A DNA stretch of 64,000 nucleotides, taken from Myxococcota bacterium (GTDB lineage: Bacteria > Myxococcota_A > UBA9160 > SMWR01). Below the pieces are notes generated by a model. That model did no database searches. It had not been told where the DNA came from and saw only the letters and a program-made list of their open reading frames with translations. Positions 50,734 to 59,674 of this stretch are shown here, in pieces; positions within the stretch are counted from its first letter, which is position 1, and each line of letters opens with the position of its first letter. The stretch lies in NCBI GenBank assembly GCA_036560145.1, contig DATBRV010000011.1, positions 15,930 through 79,929 on the forward strand, written 5' to 3'. Both the position numbers and the translations under genes were made by a program.

Positions 50734-51212
50734 TCCTCGGGCGCGGCGGGGACGCCGTCTTTGTATGGCTGGCGGGCCTTCCACTGGCGGAACTCCTCGG
50801 TCTGGATCCGCCGGCAGCGCTGGCCCGCCGAATTGCACTTGGTGTCGTAGCGGTGCTCCGGCTTCTCGTCCGGGGCGGCTTTGGGCGGCCGGGAGAGGTT
50901 GGGGATCTTGGTGGTCCCGCGCTTCGGCTGCGTGAGGTCGCGGTTCTTGCGGCGGAGCTGCTCGAGCCGGTGGTTCGGCGAGGTGATCGTGCCCGGCTCG
51001 TCGCTGCCCTCGACGACGTTCACCGTGCCCTTCCCCGGATCGTTCGGGGGCCTGCCGACCTGATACCGGAAGCGAGGCGGCACCTTCTCGAGGCTCGAGG
51101 TGAAGTGGGGCTGCCCCTTCTCGTCGGTCCAGCGGTAGATCTCCGCCGCCGCGCTTCCCCCGACCAGGAGCGCGAGGACCGCCCAGGCTGCGACGCACAC
51201 GGGTCGACGCAT
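50730..51212 (-). CDS. DUF4124-domain secreted protein
   Basis: A signal peptide is followed by EIYRWTDEKGQPHFT. Confidence 0.75.
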   Translation of the reverse strand: MRRPVCVAAWAVLALLVGGSAAAEIYRWTDEKGQPHFTSSLEKVPPRFRYQVGRPPNDPGKGTVNVVEGSDEPGTITSPNHRLEQLRRKNRDLTQPKRGTTKIPNLSRPPKAAPDEKPEHRYDTKCNSAGQRCRRIQTEEFRQWKARQPYKDGVPAAPED

Positions 51213-51264
51213 CCCTGGATCATCGAATGAACCGGAACCCGGCTTTAGGCTCGGGGCGCGCGGC

Positions 51265-52878
51265 TCAGCCTTCCAGGGCGCGCCGTTTGGCCCAGCGGTA
51301 GTCGGGCTTTCCCGCCGGGGTGCGGACGATCTCGTCCACGCAGACGAGGGCGCGCGGCACCTTGTAGCCCGCGATCCGCTCCCGGCAGTGAGAGGCGAGC
51401 TCCTCCAGGCTGGGCGCGCGGCCCGGGCGCGGCGTCACCAGCGCTGCGACGCGTTCGCCGAAGCGCGCATCGGGGACGCCGACCGCCACCGCGTCGAAAA
51501 CGTCCGGGTGTGACTTGAGCGCCGCCTCCACCTCCTCGGGGTAGATCTTCTCCCCTCCCGAGTTGATGCAGACCGAGCCGCGTCCGAGCAGCACCAGCGT
51601 GCCGTCCGCTTCCAGCGTGGCGAAGTCGCCCGGGATCACCCAACGCACGCCGTCGATCACCGGGAAGGTTTGCGCCGTCTTGACGGGATCCTTGTGGTAG
51701 CCGAGGGGAACGTGGCCGCGGCGCGCCAGGCGCCCCACCACGCCCGAGCCGGGCGCCAGCGGCCGGCCGTCGTCGCCGAGCACCGTCGTCTCCTCGTGCA
51801 GCGTGAAACGCGGGCCGGCCGGAGGGCCCGCGAGGTCGAGCACGGTGCCGTTGTAGCCCGTCTCGGAGGCGCCGAAGCTGTCGAGGATCAGCGCCTTCGG
51901 GAGTTGCTCGCGCAGCTGCTGCTTGACGGCCTTCGAGAGGATCGCGCCGCCCGAGCCCACGATCGCGAGCGACGAGAGCTCGAAGTTCGCGCCCGGCGCG
52001 GCGAGCGCTTCGGCCAGCGGACGCCCCATCGCGTCGCCCACGATCGAGAGCGAGGTGACGCGCTCGCGCTCGACCAGGCGCCAGATCTGGTTCGGGTCGA
52101 AGCTCGCGCCGGTGTAGAGCACCAGCGTATTGGCCGCGAAGAACGCATTGAACGTCGTCCATTGGCCACCGCCGTGCATCATGGGCGCGATCGCGAGCAG
52201 CGTGGCGCGCGGCTCCTTCGCGGCGTTGCCGGCGATCGCCTCGGGACGGCGGATCGGCTCGCCCCCGAAGTTCCCGCCGCCCAGCGCCGCGAAGAAGATG
52301 TCCTCCTGCCGCCAGAGCGTGCCCTTCGGCATCCCCGTGGTGCCGCCGGTGTAGAGCACGTAGAGGTCGTCGGGCGAGCGCGGTCCGAAGCCGCGGGCGG
52401 GGGAGGCGGCAGCGAGCGCCGCTTCGTACGCGACGGCGCCGAGCGCCGAGACGTCGGCGTCGCTCCCGTCCTCCAGGCAGATGAAGTGGCGCAGCTTGGG
52501 GAGGCTCTCCCGGATCCGCAGCAGGCGGGGGGCGAAGCGGCGTTCGAAGATCAGCGTCACGAGATCCGCGTCGTCGAGCACGTAGCGGAGCTCGTCGTCG
52601 ACGTAGCGGAAGTTGAGGTTGATCGGTGCGGCGCGCATTTTATAGGCCGCCAGCATCGATTCGATCCACTCGGCCCGGTTCTGGGCCAGGATGCCGATCC
52701 AATCGCCGGGCCGGTTGCCGCTGGCTTCGAGGTGGTGGGCCAGTCGGTTGGAGCGCTCATCGAGCTCGCGATAGCGCAGGCGTGCCTCGCCGGCGACGAG
52801 CGCCATCCGCTCCGGCGCCGCGTCGGCCACGCACTCGTAGAGATCGGCGAGGTTGAACTGCAAGCCGTCGCTCGTCAC
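51265..52878 (-). CDS. AMP-dependent acyl-CoA synthetase
   Basis: GTG 52878 overlaps the upstream stop (GTGA). YTGGTTGMPKG, GASETG and SGGEKIYPEEVE. The remainder of track ORF 51265..54039 is a shadow extension. Confidence 0.85.
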   Translation of the reverse strand: MTSDGLQFNLADLYECVADAAPERMALVAGEARLRYRELDERSNRLAHHLEASGNRPGDWIGILAQNRAEWIESMLAAYKMRAAPINLNFRYVDDELRYVLDDADLVTLIFERRFAPRLLRIRESLPKLRHFICLEDGSDADVSALGAVAYEAALAAASPARGFGPRSPDDLYVLYTGGTTGMPKGTLWRQEDIFFAALGGGNFGGEPIRRPEAIAGNAAKEPRATLLAIAPMMHGGGQWTTFNAFFAANTLVLYTGASFDPNQIWRLVERERVTSLSIVGDAMGRPLAEALAAPGANFELSSLAIVGSGGAILSKAVKQQLREQLPKALILDSFGASETGYNGTVLDLAGPPAGPRFTLHEETTVLGDDGRPLAPGSGVVGRLARRGHVPLGYHKDPVKTAQTFPVIDGVRWVIPGDFATLEADGTLVLLGRGSVCINSGGEKIYPEEVEAALKSHPDVFDAVAVGVPDARFGERVAALVTPRPGRAPSLEELASHCRERIAGYKVPRALVCVDEIVRTPAGKPDYRWAKRRALEG

Positions 52879-53846
52879 TGCGCGGGGGCGGACTCCTCGT
52901 CCGGCGAGTCGACGACGCGCACCGTGTTTGCATCCAGATCGAACAGGCTGATGGCCTTCGCGCGCTCCGTCGTCAGGGGCCCCAGATCGGTCTCGTAGAC
53001 GTCCCCGTCCTGGTTCACGAGGAAGGTCATCACGCCGGAAACGCCGTAGGTCGCGGGGTAGGCGATCAGCCCGAAGCCGCCGATCAGCTGACCCTTGGCG
53101 AGGTAGCTGTAGGGCCCCCCGGGCGCGCGCGTGCCCTGGCCCTCGAGGATCCGGTAGAAGTAGCCGTGATAGGGCGCCGGCGCTTCGCCCGTGCCGAGCT
53201 GATAGCCCTCCGCGTTCGCTGCATCGAACAGGGGCCCCAGAGGGCTCGGCTCTTCGCCCTCGGCGGTCGGCCAGAAGAGGCCGTCCTTGCGGCCAGGCGA
53301 GCTCGTGAAGAAGCGCGCGTAGTGCAGCAACGGAGACTTCTCGGGGTTGCGCACGTAGTACTCGCGCTGCGCATCCACGTAGGCGAGGGACGCCTGGATC
53401 GCGGACAGCTCGTTGCGGCCGATCCGGCGGCTCACGATCTCTTCCTCGCCGGCCTTGCCGTCGAAGCGCCAGCCGGCGGCGTCCTTCACGATCGGAATCG
53501 GAAGCGGCCACTGGTCTTCGCCGACTTCGAGCTCGGCGCGTGTCGCCGCGGTCTTCAGGATCCGGTGGCCGGATTGGTATCGCTCGACGAAGCCCTCGGC
53601 GGCGTTGCGGTCGGCGACCGGATCGCCGGACTCGATCAGACCCTTCTCGTCGGCGCCGAAGAGGGCGTAGAGCGAGGTCTTGTCGTCCGACTGGAGGGCG
53701 GCGATCAACGCCTCCACCGCCGCTTCGGGCGTCTCGAAGTGCTTCTGTGCGGGCTCGGCCGCGAAGGCGCCGCCGGCCGGCAGCGCCGCCGCCAGCAGTC
53801 CGGCGGCGAAGCACGACGCAAGAACGCGGATGCTGCGCGCAGTCAT
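52875..53846 (-). CDS. DUF2950 family secreted protein
   Basis: GGAGG lies upstream of ATG 53846 (alternative ATG 53885 overlaps the upstream stop). Signal peptide; HGYFYRILEGQG..APGG..GGFGLIAYPATYGVSGVMTFLVN. Confidence 0.8.
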   Translation of the reverse strand: MTARSIRVLASCFAAGLLAAALPAGGAFAAEPAQKHFETPEAAVEALIAALQSDDKTSLYALFGADEKGLIESGDPVADRNAAEGFVERYQSGHRILKTAATRAELEVGEDQWPLPIPIVKDAAGWRFDGKAGEEEIVSRRIGRNELSAIQASLAYVDAQREYYVRNPEKSPLLHYARFFTSSPGRKDGLFWPTAEGEEPSPLGPLFDAANAEGYQLGTGEAPAPYHGYFYRILEGQGTRAPGGPYSYLAKGQLIGGFGLIAYPATYGVSGVMTFLVNQDGDVYETDLGPLTTERAKAISLFDLDANTVRVVDSPDEESAPAQ

Positions 53847-53881
53847 CTTGGCTACCTCCAGCGTGATCGGAATGCGCCCGC

Positions 53882-55159
53882 TCATCGGCCTCGCCCCCCG
53901 CCGCCGCCGCGCCCGCCGCCACCGCCGCCTCGCGATCCGCCTCCGCCTCCCCGCGAGCCGCCTCCGCCGCTGAACCCGCCTCGGGATCCGCCGCTCGACC
54001 CACCCCAGCTCTTGGCGCTCTTCTGGCTGGCCTGGCCACGGCTGGAGTCGCGCCGCGCCTGGCTCCCGCTGCGGTCGCCCTGGAAGGCGGGAGAGCCCGC
54101 GCCGCGGTCCATCGAAGAGGGACGATTCTTGCCCTGGCTTCCCAGGCCGCTCTGGCCAGCGCCTCCGCCCGGCCGCTGGCCGCCGCTCGGCTTGGCGCGA
54201 TCGAGATCCCGCTGCACCGCGCCGGTGCCCTGCTTCGCCATCTGCTGGCGGCCCTGCTCGGCGCGGCCGCGGAACTGGTCGCGCGAGGCGGCGTTCTGGC
54301 GATCGCCCTTTCCGTACTTCTGCTGGCTCGCCTTGTCCCGGTATCCGACTCCCTTGCGGTGCTCGCCGTTGTGCTCCCACTTCTTGTTGCTGATGTCGTT
54401 CCGGTTGATGTTGGTGTTCCGGTTGAAGTTGTTGTTGACGTCGATGTCGATGTCCCCGTTACCCCAGTTGCAATTGCCCCAGAGCGCGCCGCCCACCGCC
54501 ATGCCGACGCCGAAAGAGAGAAGAGCCGTTCCCCACACGTACCCCGGCGGGTAGGGGTAGTAGGGCGGGTAGGCGGGGTAGGGCCAGGTGCCGTAGACGA
54601 CCGTCGGGTTGTAGCTGGGGACGTAGACGACCTGCGGGCTCGCCGGCACGATCTGGATGATGGTCGTGGTGCTGCTGCCCGCCGGGGCCGGCTCGACGGT
54701 CACCGTCTGCTGCTCGGTGGTCTCGAGATTCCCCTCGGCCTTCGCCCTGGCGCGCAGCCGCTGCACGCCGTCCATCACGTCCTTCTGCTGCGCGAGGAAG
54801 ACGTCGCCGAGCTTCTGGGTCCAGTCGAGCTTCTCGTTCATCAGGTCGAGGACCTGGGGGAAGGCGGTCAGCGACTTCACGCTCGCGTCCCAGGTCTGCT
54901 TCAGGAGCGCGTCCTCGAGCGCCTTGTCCTTCAGGTCCGGGTTCTCCTTGCGCCAGCGCGCCGCCTCGACGATCTCCAGCGGATACGTCGACGCCATCAG
55001 CACCTGGGCGAGCAGCGAGTCGGGGTAGAGCGCGACGGGCGCCACCACCTGATCGATCTCCTCGGCCGAATACTGAGCGGCCTCCTGCGCTGACGACGCC
55101 GATCCGACGCCATTCAGTGTCATCAGCACCGCCATCAGGCGCGCCAGAATGCGACTCAT
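53882..55159 (-). CDS. DUF3300 family secreted protein with an Asn-rich segment and an RGG-rich C-terminal tail
   Basis: GGAGGA lies upstream of ATG 55159. VAPVALYPDSLLAQVLMASTYPLEIVEAARW is the typical DUF3300 N-terminus. Confidence 0.85.
   Translation of the reverse strand: MSRILARLMAVLMTLNGVGSASSAQEAAQYSAEEIDQVVAPVALYPDSLLAQVLMASTYPLEIVEAARWRKENPDLKDKALEDALLKQTWDASVKSLTAFPQVLDLMNEKLDWTQKLGDVFLAQQKDVMDGVQRLRARAKAEGNLETTEQQTVTVEPAPAGSSTTTIIQIVPASPQVVYVPSYNPTVVYGTWPYPAYPPYYPYPPGYVWGTALLSFGVGMAVGGALWGNCNWGNGDIDIDVNNNFNRNTNINRNDISNKKWEHNGEHRKGVGYRDKASQQKYGKGDRQNAASRDQFRGRAEQGRQQMAKQGTGAVQRDLDRAKPSGGQRPGGGAGQSGLGSQGKNRPSSMDRGAGSPAFQGDRSGSQARRDSSRGQASQKSAKSWGGSSGGSRGGFSGGGGSRGGGGGSRGGGGGGRGGGGGRGR
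53885..54007 (-). repeat. Low-complexity Gly/Arg/Ser-coding tract (RGG-type tail)
   Basis: Encodes SWGGSSGGSRGGFSGGGGSRGGGGGSRGGGGGGRGGGGGRGR. Confidence 0.8.
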
Positions 55160-55221
55160 GCTGCTCCTCCCTTGCCGGGCCAACAGTAGAACACCTTCTC
55201 CGCGTGTGAGACAATGGGGCC

Positions 55222-56892
55222 GTGCCGACCCACCAGGAGATCGAGGCGCAGCTCACCGGCCCCGGGGCCCCCTTCGAGATCGTGGTCGAGCCGGTGCTGG
55301 GCGTTCCGACCCGCGTCTTCAAGGAGCGGGCGCGCTCGCTGCGGGCGCTCCTCGAGGGCTCGGCCGCGTTCGGCGACCGGGAGTACCTCGTCCAGGGCGA
55401 CCTGCGGCTCTCCTTCGCGCAGCACGCCCGGGTGGTCGCCTCCGTCGCCAAGGGCCTCTCCGAGCGTTACGGGATCGGGAAGGGCGATCGCGTCGCGATC
55501 CTGGCGGCCAACTGTCCCGAGTGGATCGTCTCGTTCTGGGCGGCGCTCTCGCTGGGCGCGATCGCGGTCGGCCTCAACGGCTGGTGGGCCGGCGACGAGA
55601 TCGTCTACGGGCTCGAGGATTCGGATCCGAAGCTGCTGATCGGCGACTCAAAAAGACTTGCCCGGATCACGGGCCGCCCCTTGCGGATCCCGGTCCTCGA
55701 GATCGAGCAGGACTTCGAGAAGCTCTGGAGCCACGATCTCGACGCGGCGCTGCCGCAGGCGGCGATCGACGAGGACGACGCCGCCACCATCCTGTATACC
55801 AGCGGCACCACCGGCCGGCCGAAGGGCGCCGTCAACACGCACCGCAACATCATCGCGCTCTGCCGCGTCCAGATGTTCCACGGCGTGCGAAGCCTGATGC
55901 TCAGCGCGGGGCAGGGCGCGCCGCCGGCGCTCTCGACCGGCGCCTGCATGCTGATGAACACTCCCCTGTTTCACGTCTCGGGGCTGTACGCCGGCGCCGT
56001 CACCCTGCTCTCGACCGGCGTCAAGACCGTCTGGAGCACCGGCCGCTTCGATCCCGCGCAGGTGCTGGAGCTGATCGAGCGCGAGAAGGTCACCAACTGG
56101 GGACCGATGGGCACCATGATCCATCGGGTTCTCAACCATCCCGACCTCGGGAAGTACGATCTCTCCAGCCTGCGCAACGTCGGCTCCGGCGGCGCGCCGC
56201 TCTCGCGCGAGCTCCAGCAGCGGATGCGAGAGGCGTTTCCCCAGATCCGCTCGCAGATGGGGCTGGGCTACGGGCTGACCGAGAGCACCGCGCTGGCGAC
56301 CCTCAACGCCGGCGCCGAGCTGGAGGCGCACCCGGAATCGGTCGGGCGCCCGCTGCCGACGATCGAGATCGAGATCCGCGACCCGGAGGGCTCTACCCTG
56401 CCCGAGGGCCGCGAAGGCGAGATCCACATCCGCGGCCCGCTGGTGATGAAGGAGTACTGGCGCAATCCCGCGGCGACCGCGCAAACGATCCTGCCCGGGC
56501 GCTGGCTGCGCACCGGCGACATCGGCTGGATCAAGGACGGGCGCCTCACGATCGAGTCGCGCAAGCGCGACCTGATCCTGCGCGGCGCCGAGAACATCTA
56601 CCCTGCCGAGATCGAGCTGTGCCTGGAGGCGCACCCCGACGTGCGCGAGGCCGCGGTGGTGGGCGTCGACCACCCGGAGCTCGGCCAGGAGGTGAAGGCG
56701 ATCGTGGTGCCGGCGCCCGGGCGCCGGCCCGACCCCGAGGATCTCGCGCGCTTCGTCGCCGGGCGCCTCGCCTACTTCAAGGTTCCCTCGCGCTGGGAGC
56801 TGCGCGACGAGCCGCTCCCGCGCAACGCGACCGGCAAGGTCCTCAAGCAGGTCCTCACCGGCGACGCCGCCAACACCTTCGTCGACGAATAG
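55222..56892 (+). CDS. AMP-dependent acyl-CoA synthetase/ligase
   Basis: YTSGTTGRPKG, YGLTEST and GDIGWIKDGRLTIESRKRD. Confidence 0.9.
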   Translation: MPTHQEIEAQLTGPGAPFEIVVEPVLGVPTRVFKERARSLRALLEGSAAFGDREYLVQGDLRLSFAQHARVVASVAKGLSERYGIGKGDRVAILAANCPEWIVSFWAALSLGAIAVGLNGWWAGDEIVYGLEDSDPKLLIGDSKRLARITGRPLRIPVLEIEQDFEKLWSHDLDAALPQAAIDEDDAATILYTSGTTGRPKGAVNTHRNIIALCRVQMFHGVRSLMLSAGQGAPPALSTGACMLMNTPLFHVSGLYAGAVTLLSTGVKTVWSTGRFDPAQVLELIEREKVTNWGPMGTMIHRVLNHPDLGKYDLSSLRNVGSGGAPLSRELQQRMREAFPQIRSQMGLGYGLTESTALATLNAGAELEAHPESVGRPLPTIEIEIRDPEGSTLPEGREGEIHIRGPLVMKEYWRNPAATAQTILPGRWLRTGDIGWIKDGRLTIESRKRDLILRGAENIYPAEIELCLEAHPDVREAAVVGVDHPELGQEVKAIVVPAPGRRPDPEDLARFVAGRLAYFKVPSRWELRDEPLPRNATGKVLKQVLTGDAANTFVDE

Positions 56893-56937
56893 GCCGCAAG
56901 CGAAGCGCGCAGCGAGCCGCAGGCGAGCGAAGTTCAC

Positions 56938-57897
56938 TCAGGCCGGCTGACCGGGCTTCCTCGCGATCACCCGCTGATTCGACGTTTCGTATCCCAGGCG
57001 CGCGCGCAGCCAGTCGAACGGCACGAAGAACGCGAGCAGCAGCGGGTTCTGGTAGTGGAAGAAGCGCACGATGCCCGCCGGCCAGCCGCGGTCGAGCAGG
57101 TAGTTGTGCAGCGAGATGGTCCAGCTCGAGGTGCTGATCAGATATTCGCTGCGCGCGATCTGGAAGCCGGCCGCCTCGAGCATGCGACGGAGCGAAGCGG
57201 TCGAGAAGAGATTCCAGTGGCGCGGGAAGTGATAGTGGCCCCACCAGCGGCCCTGGAACCAGCGATGATCGAGGCCGCCCAGGTTCGGGGTCTCGACCAC
57301 GAAGACGCCCCCGGGACGGAGCAGCCTGAAAACGGCCCGCGAGATCGCGACGGGATCCTCCACGTGCTCGATCAGCTGGAGCATGATCACCGCGTCGAGC
57401 GTTCCCTCGGCGACTGGGAGATCTTCGATCCGGCCGGCGTAGGCCTCGAATCCGAGCGCGCGGCAGCGCGCCGCGGCGGCCTCGTCGAAGTCGATGCCCA
57501 CCAGCTCCCACTCCGGCGCGCCGAACTCGCGGAGCAGCGAGAGGAAGCGGCCGTCGCCGCAGCCGACGTCGAGCAGGCGCCGCGGCCCCGCGCCGACCAG
57601 CGCCCGGTAGAGGCGCACCTTGCCGGCCTCCCAGCGGCGGCGCAACCGCGCCACCAGCGGATTTCCGGGTCCGGCGAAGGCGTAGTAGTTCGGCGGATAG
57701 ATGACGGAGAGGTCGGAAGCGGCCGGACGCGGGCTCAGATACTCGTGCGCGCAGGCGAGGCAGCGGAGGAAGCGGAACTCGTTGGGCGCCGTCGAATACT
57801 CGAAATCGAAGCCCGACGCCGCCAGCTCCGCGTCGCCCGAGCCGCACAGCGCGCAGCGCGTCTCAACGAGAGCGAGGGGGTTCGATCGGAACGCCAT
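56938..57897 (-). CDS. Class I SAM-dependent methyltransferase with an N-terminal Cys4 zinc ribbon
   Basis: CALCGS...CLACAH and LLDVGCGDGRFL. Confidence 0.8.
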   Translation of the reverse strand: MAFRSNPLALVETRCALCGSGDAELAASGFDFEYSTAPNEFRFLRCLACAHEYLSPRPAASDLSVIYPPNYYAFAGPGNPLVARLRRRWEAGKVRLYRALVGAGPRRLLDVGCGDGRFLSLLREFGAPEWELVGIDFDEAAAARCRALGFEAYAGRIEDLPVAEGTLDAVIMLQLIEHVEDPVAISRAVFRLLRPGGVFVVETPNLGGLDHRWFQGRWWGHYHFPRHWNLFSTASLRRMLEAAGFQIARSEYLISTSSWTISLHNYLLDRGWPAGIVRFFHYQNPLLLAFFVPFDWLRARLGYETSNQRVIARKPGQPA

Positions 57898-58639
57898 GCT
57901 CTCTCAAGTAGTCGATCTTCTCCCGGAACACCGCACGGTAGCCGTGCCACGGAATCGCGGGCCAGAGGTGATGGATGGCGTGGTAGTTGTGCCCGAGCAC
58001 GAGCGGCGTGAGCCAGGCGCGATCGACGATGCGCGTTCCCTGGAAGCGGCCCGGCGGCAGGCCCGCGTGCGGCAGGTAGTTGATGTACCAGTCCATCACG
58101 AGCTTCGCGATCACGACGGGCAGCAGCCAGAGCCAGAGCAGGTCGCGCAGCGCGCCCAGCCACCAGGCCAGCGCGAAGAGCCCGCCGACCGCGGCGACCG
58201 AGACGGCGTCCGAGATCCGCTCGCCGGGCTGGCGGGGATCCCGGGTCAGCAGCTTGCGCGCATAGCCGAGCGCGCGCGGGTAGCGCAGCGGGAGCTTCCA
58301 GAGCGGCCCGTCGGTGTAGACGAAGTTCGGGTCCTCGGGCTCGTTGAGCCGCGCGTGGTGCTCGAGGTGGATCCAGCGCTGCATGAAGTAGGGCGTCATG
58401 TAGGGGAACATGCCGAGCACGCCCACCGCGTGATTGACCCAGGTCCGGTGCGACACGTTTCGGTGGACGCCTTCGTGCCAGATCGTGAAGGCGAGGTGGA
58501 TCGCGATCGCCGCGATCGCGACGTGAACGGCCAGCGGCAGCGGCGAGACGCGGTGCCAGGCGAAGTTGCCGATCAGCACGAGATACATCGTGAGCAGGAG
58601 GGCGAGCGTCGGCCAGTCCGTTCTTCGCGACGCGGCCAT
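57863..58639 (-). CDS. Membrane fatty-acid-desaturase-family di-iron enzyme (small, CrtW/desaturase-like)
   Basis: His boxes HEGVH, HLEHH and HNYHAIHH. The 3' end overlaps the methyltransferase start by 35 nt. Confidence 0.8.
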   Translation of the reverse strand: MAASRRTDWPTLALLLTMYLVLIGNFAWHRVSPLPLAVHVAIAAIAIHLAFTIWHEGVHRNVSHRTWVNHAVGVLGMFPYMTPYFMQRWIHLEHHARLNEPEDPNFVYTDGPLWKLPLRYPRALGYARKLLTRDPRQPGERISDAVSVAAVGGLFALAWWLGALRDLLWLWLLPVVIAKLVMDWYINYLPHAGLPPGRFQGTRIVDRAWLTPLVLGHNYHAIHHLWPAIPWHGYRAVFREKIDYLREHGVPIEPPRSR

Positions 58640-58640
58640 G

Positions 58641-58659
58641 ATTCGATAAGCTTACGAAT
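58641..58659. promoter_or_regulatory. AT-rich inverted repeat in the desaturase/methyltransferase divergent region
   Basis: ATTCG-ATAAGCTTA-CGAAT contains the 8-bp palindrome TAAGCTTA. It starts 2 nt from the desaturase ATG. Confidence 0.3.
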
Positions 58660-58704
58660 CTCGTTCCGGTCAGTCAATTTGGCGGCCGCCAGGGGCGCTC
58701 CTCG

Positions 58705-59595
58705 ATGACGCAGCAGCGCGACGCGCGATGTCCCATGTGCGGCAGCCCAGACGCGGAGCTGCGCTACCGGCTTTCGCACTTCCACGTACTTGGCTGCCGC
58801 GGTTGCGCGCTCGTCTATCTGTGGCCGCAGCCCACCCCGGAGCAGATCCGGGCCATGTTCTCGACGCTCTACACCACCGGCGCGGGCTCGGTGCCCGAGC
58901 TCCGCGACTACTTCGGGTTCTGCTACGACGATGTCCCGAGCAACCCGCTGGTCCAGAGCTACGAGCGCTGGCTGGCCGCGCTGGAGCGCGTCCGCAAGCC
59001 GGGCCGGCTGCTCGACGTGGGTTGCGGCACGGGGCTCTTCCTCGCCGTCGCGCGCCGCCGTGGCTGGCAGCCGTTCGGCATCGACGATTGCGCCGAGGCC
59101 ACCCGGCATGCGCGCGAGCACTTCGGCCTCGACGTCTGGGACGGCGAGTTCGCGGACTTCGCGTCCGGGGACCGGCGCTTCGACGCGATCACCGGCTGGG
59201 ACATCATCGAGCACTCGCGCTCGCCGCTCGCGCTGCTCGAGACCGTCGCGCGCTGTCTCGCGCCCGGCGGCGTGGTGGGCCTCTCGACCCCGAACCAGCG
59301 CAGCATCCTCGACGTGGTGGCCGGCGCGCTCTACCGGCTGAGCGGAGGCGCCCTCCGGGCGCCGCTCGAGAAGTTCTACATCGAGCAGCACTTCCTCTAC
59401 TTCACGGCCGAAACGCTCGCGCAAGCCCTTGGCCGCGCGGGGCTCGCGGTGGTGGAGAGCCGGCGCGAGCTCACGGACCTGCGCCGGCTCACGCTCTCGC
59501 CCGCGGCGCGGCTGCTCTTGCACGGCCTGTTCGGCGTGGCGCGCGTGACGGGCCTCCAGAACCGGCTCTTCGTGATGGCCCGCGCCGCCGGGTGA
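58705..59595 (+). CDS. Class I SAM-dependent methyltransferase with an N-terminal Cys4 zinc ribbon (paralog of 56938..57897)
   Basis: CPMCGS...CRGCAL and LLDVGCGTGLFL. Confidence 0.8.
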   Translation: MTQQRDARCPMCGSPDAELRYRLSHFHVLGCRGCALVYLWPQPTPEQIRAMFSTLYTTGAGSVPELRDYFGFCYDDVPSNPLVQSYERWLAALERVRKPGRLLDVGCGTGLFLAVARRRGWQPFGIDDCAEATRHAREHFGLDVWDGEFADFASGDRRFDAITGWDIIEHSRSPLALLETVARCLAPGGVVGLSTPNQRSILDVVAGALYRLSGGALRAPLEKFYIEQHFLYFTAETLAQALGRAGLAVVESRRELTDLRRLTLSPAARLLLHGLFGVARVTGLQNRLFVMARAAG

Positions 59596-59674
59596 AGCTT
59601 CGCTCGACTCGGGCGCTCCCGGGCTGATACCCTGCGCCGGTTCGAAAACCGCCGCCGGAGCCGACGCGCTCTCC

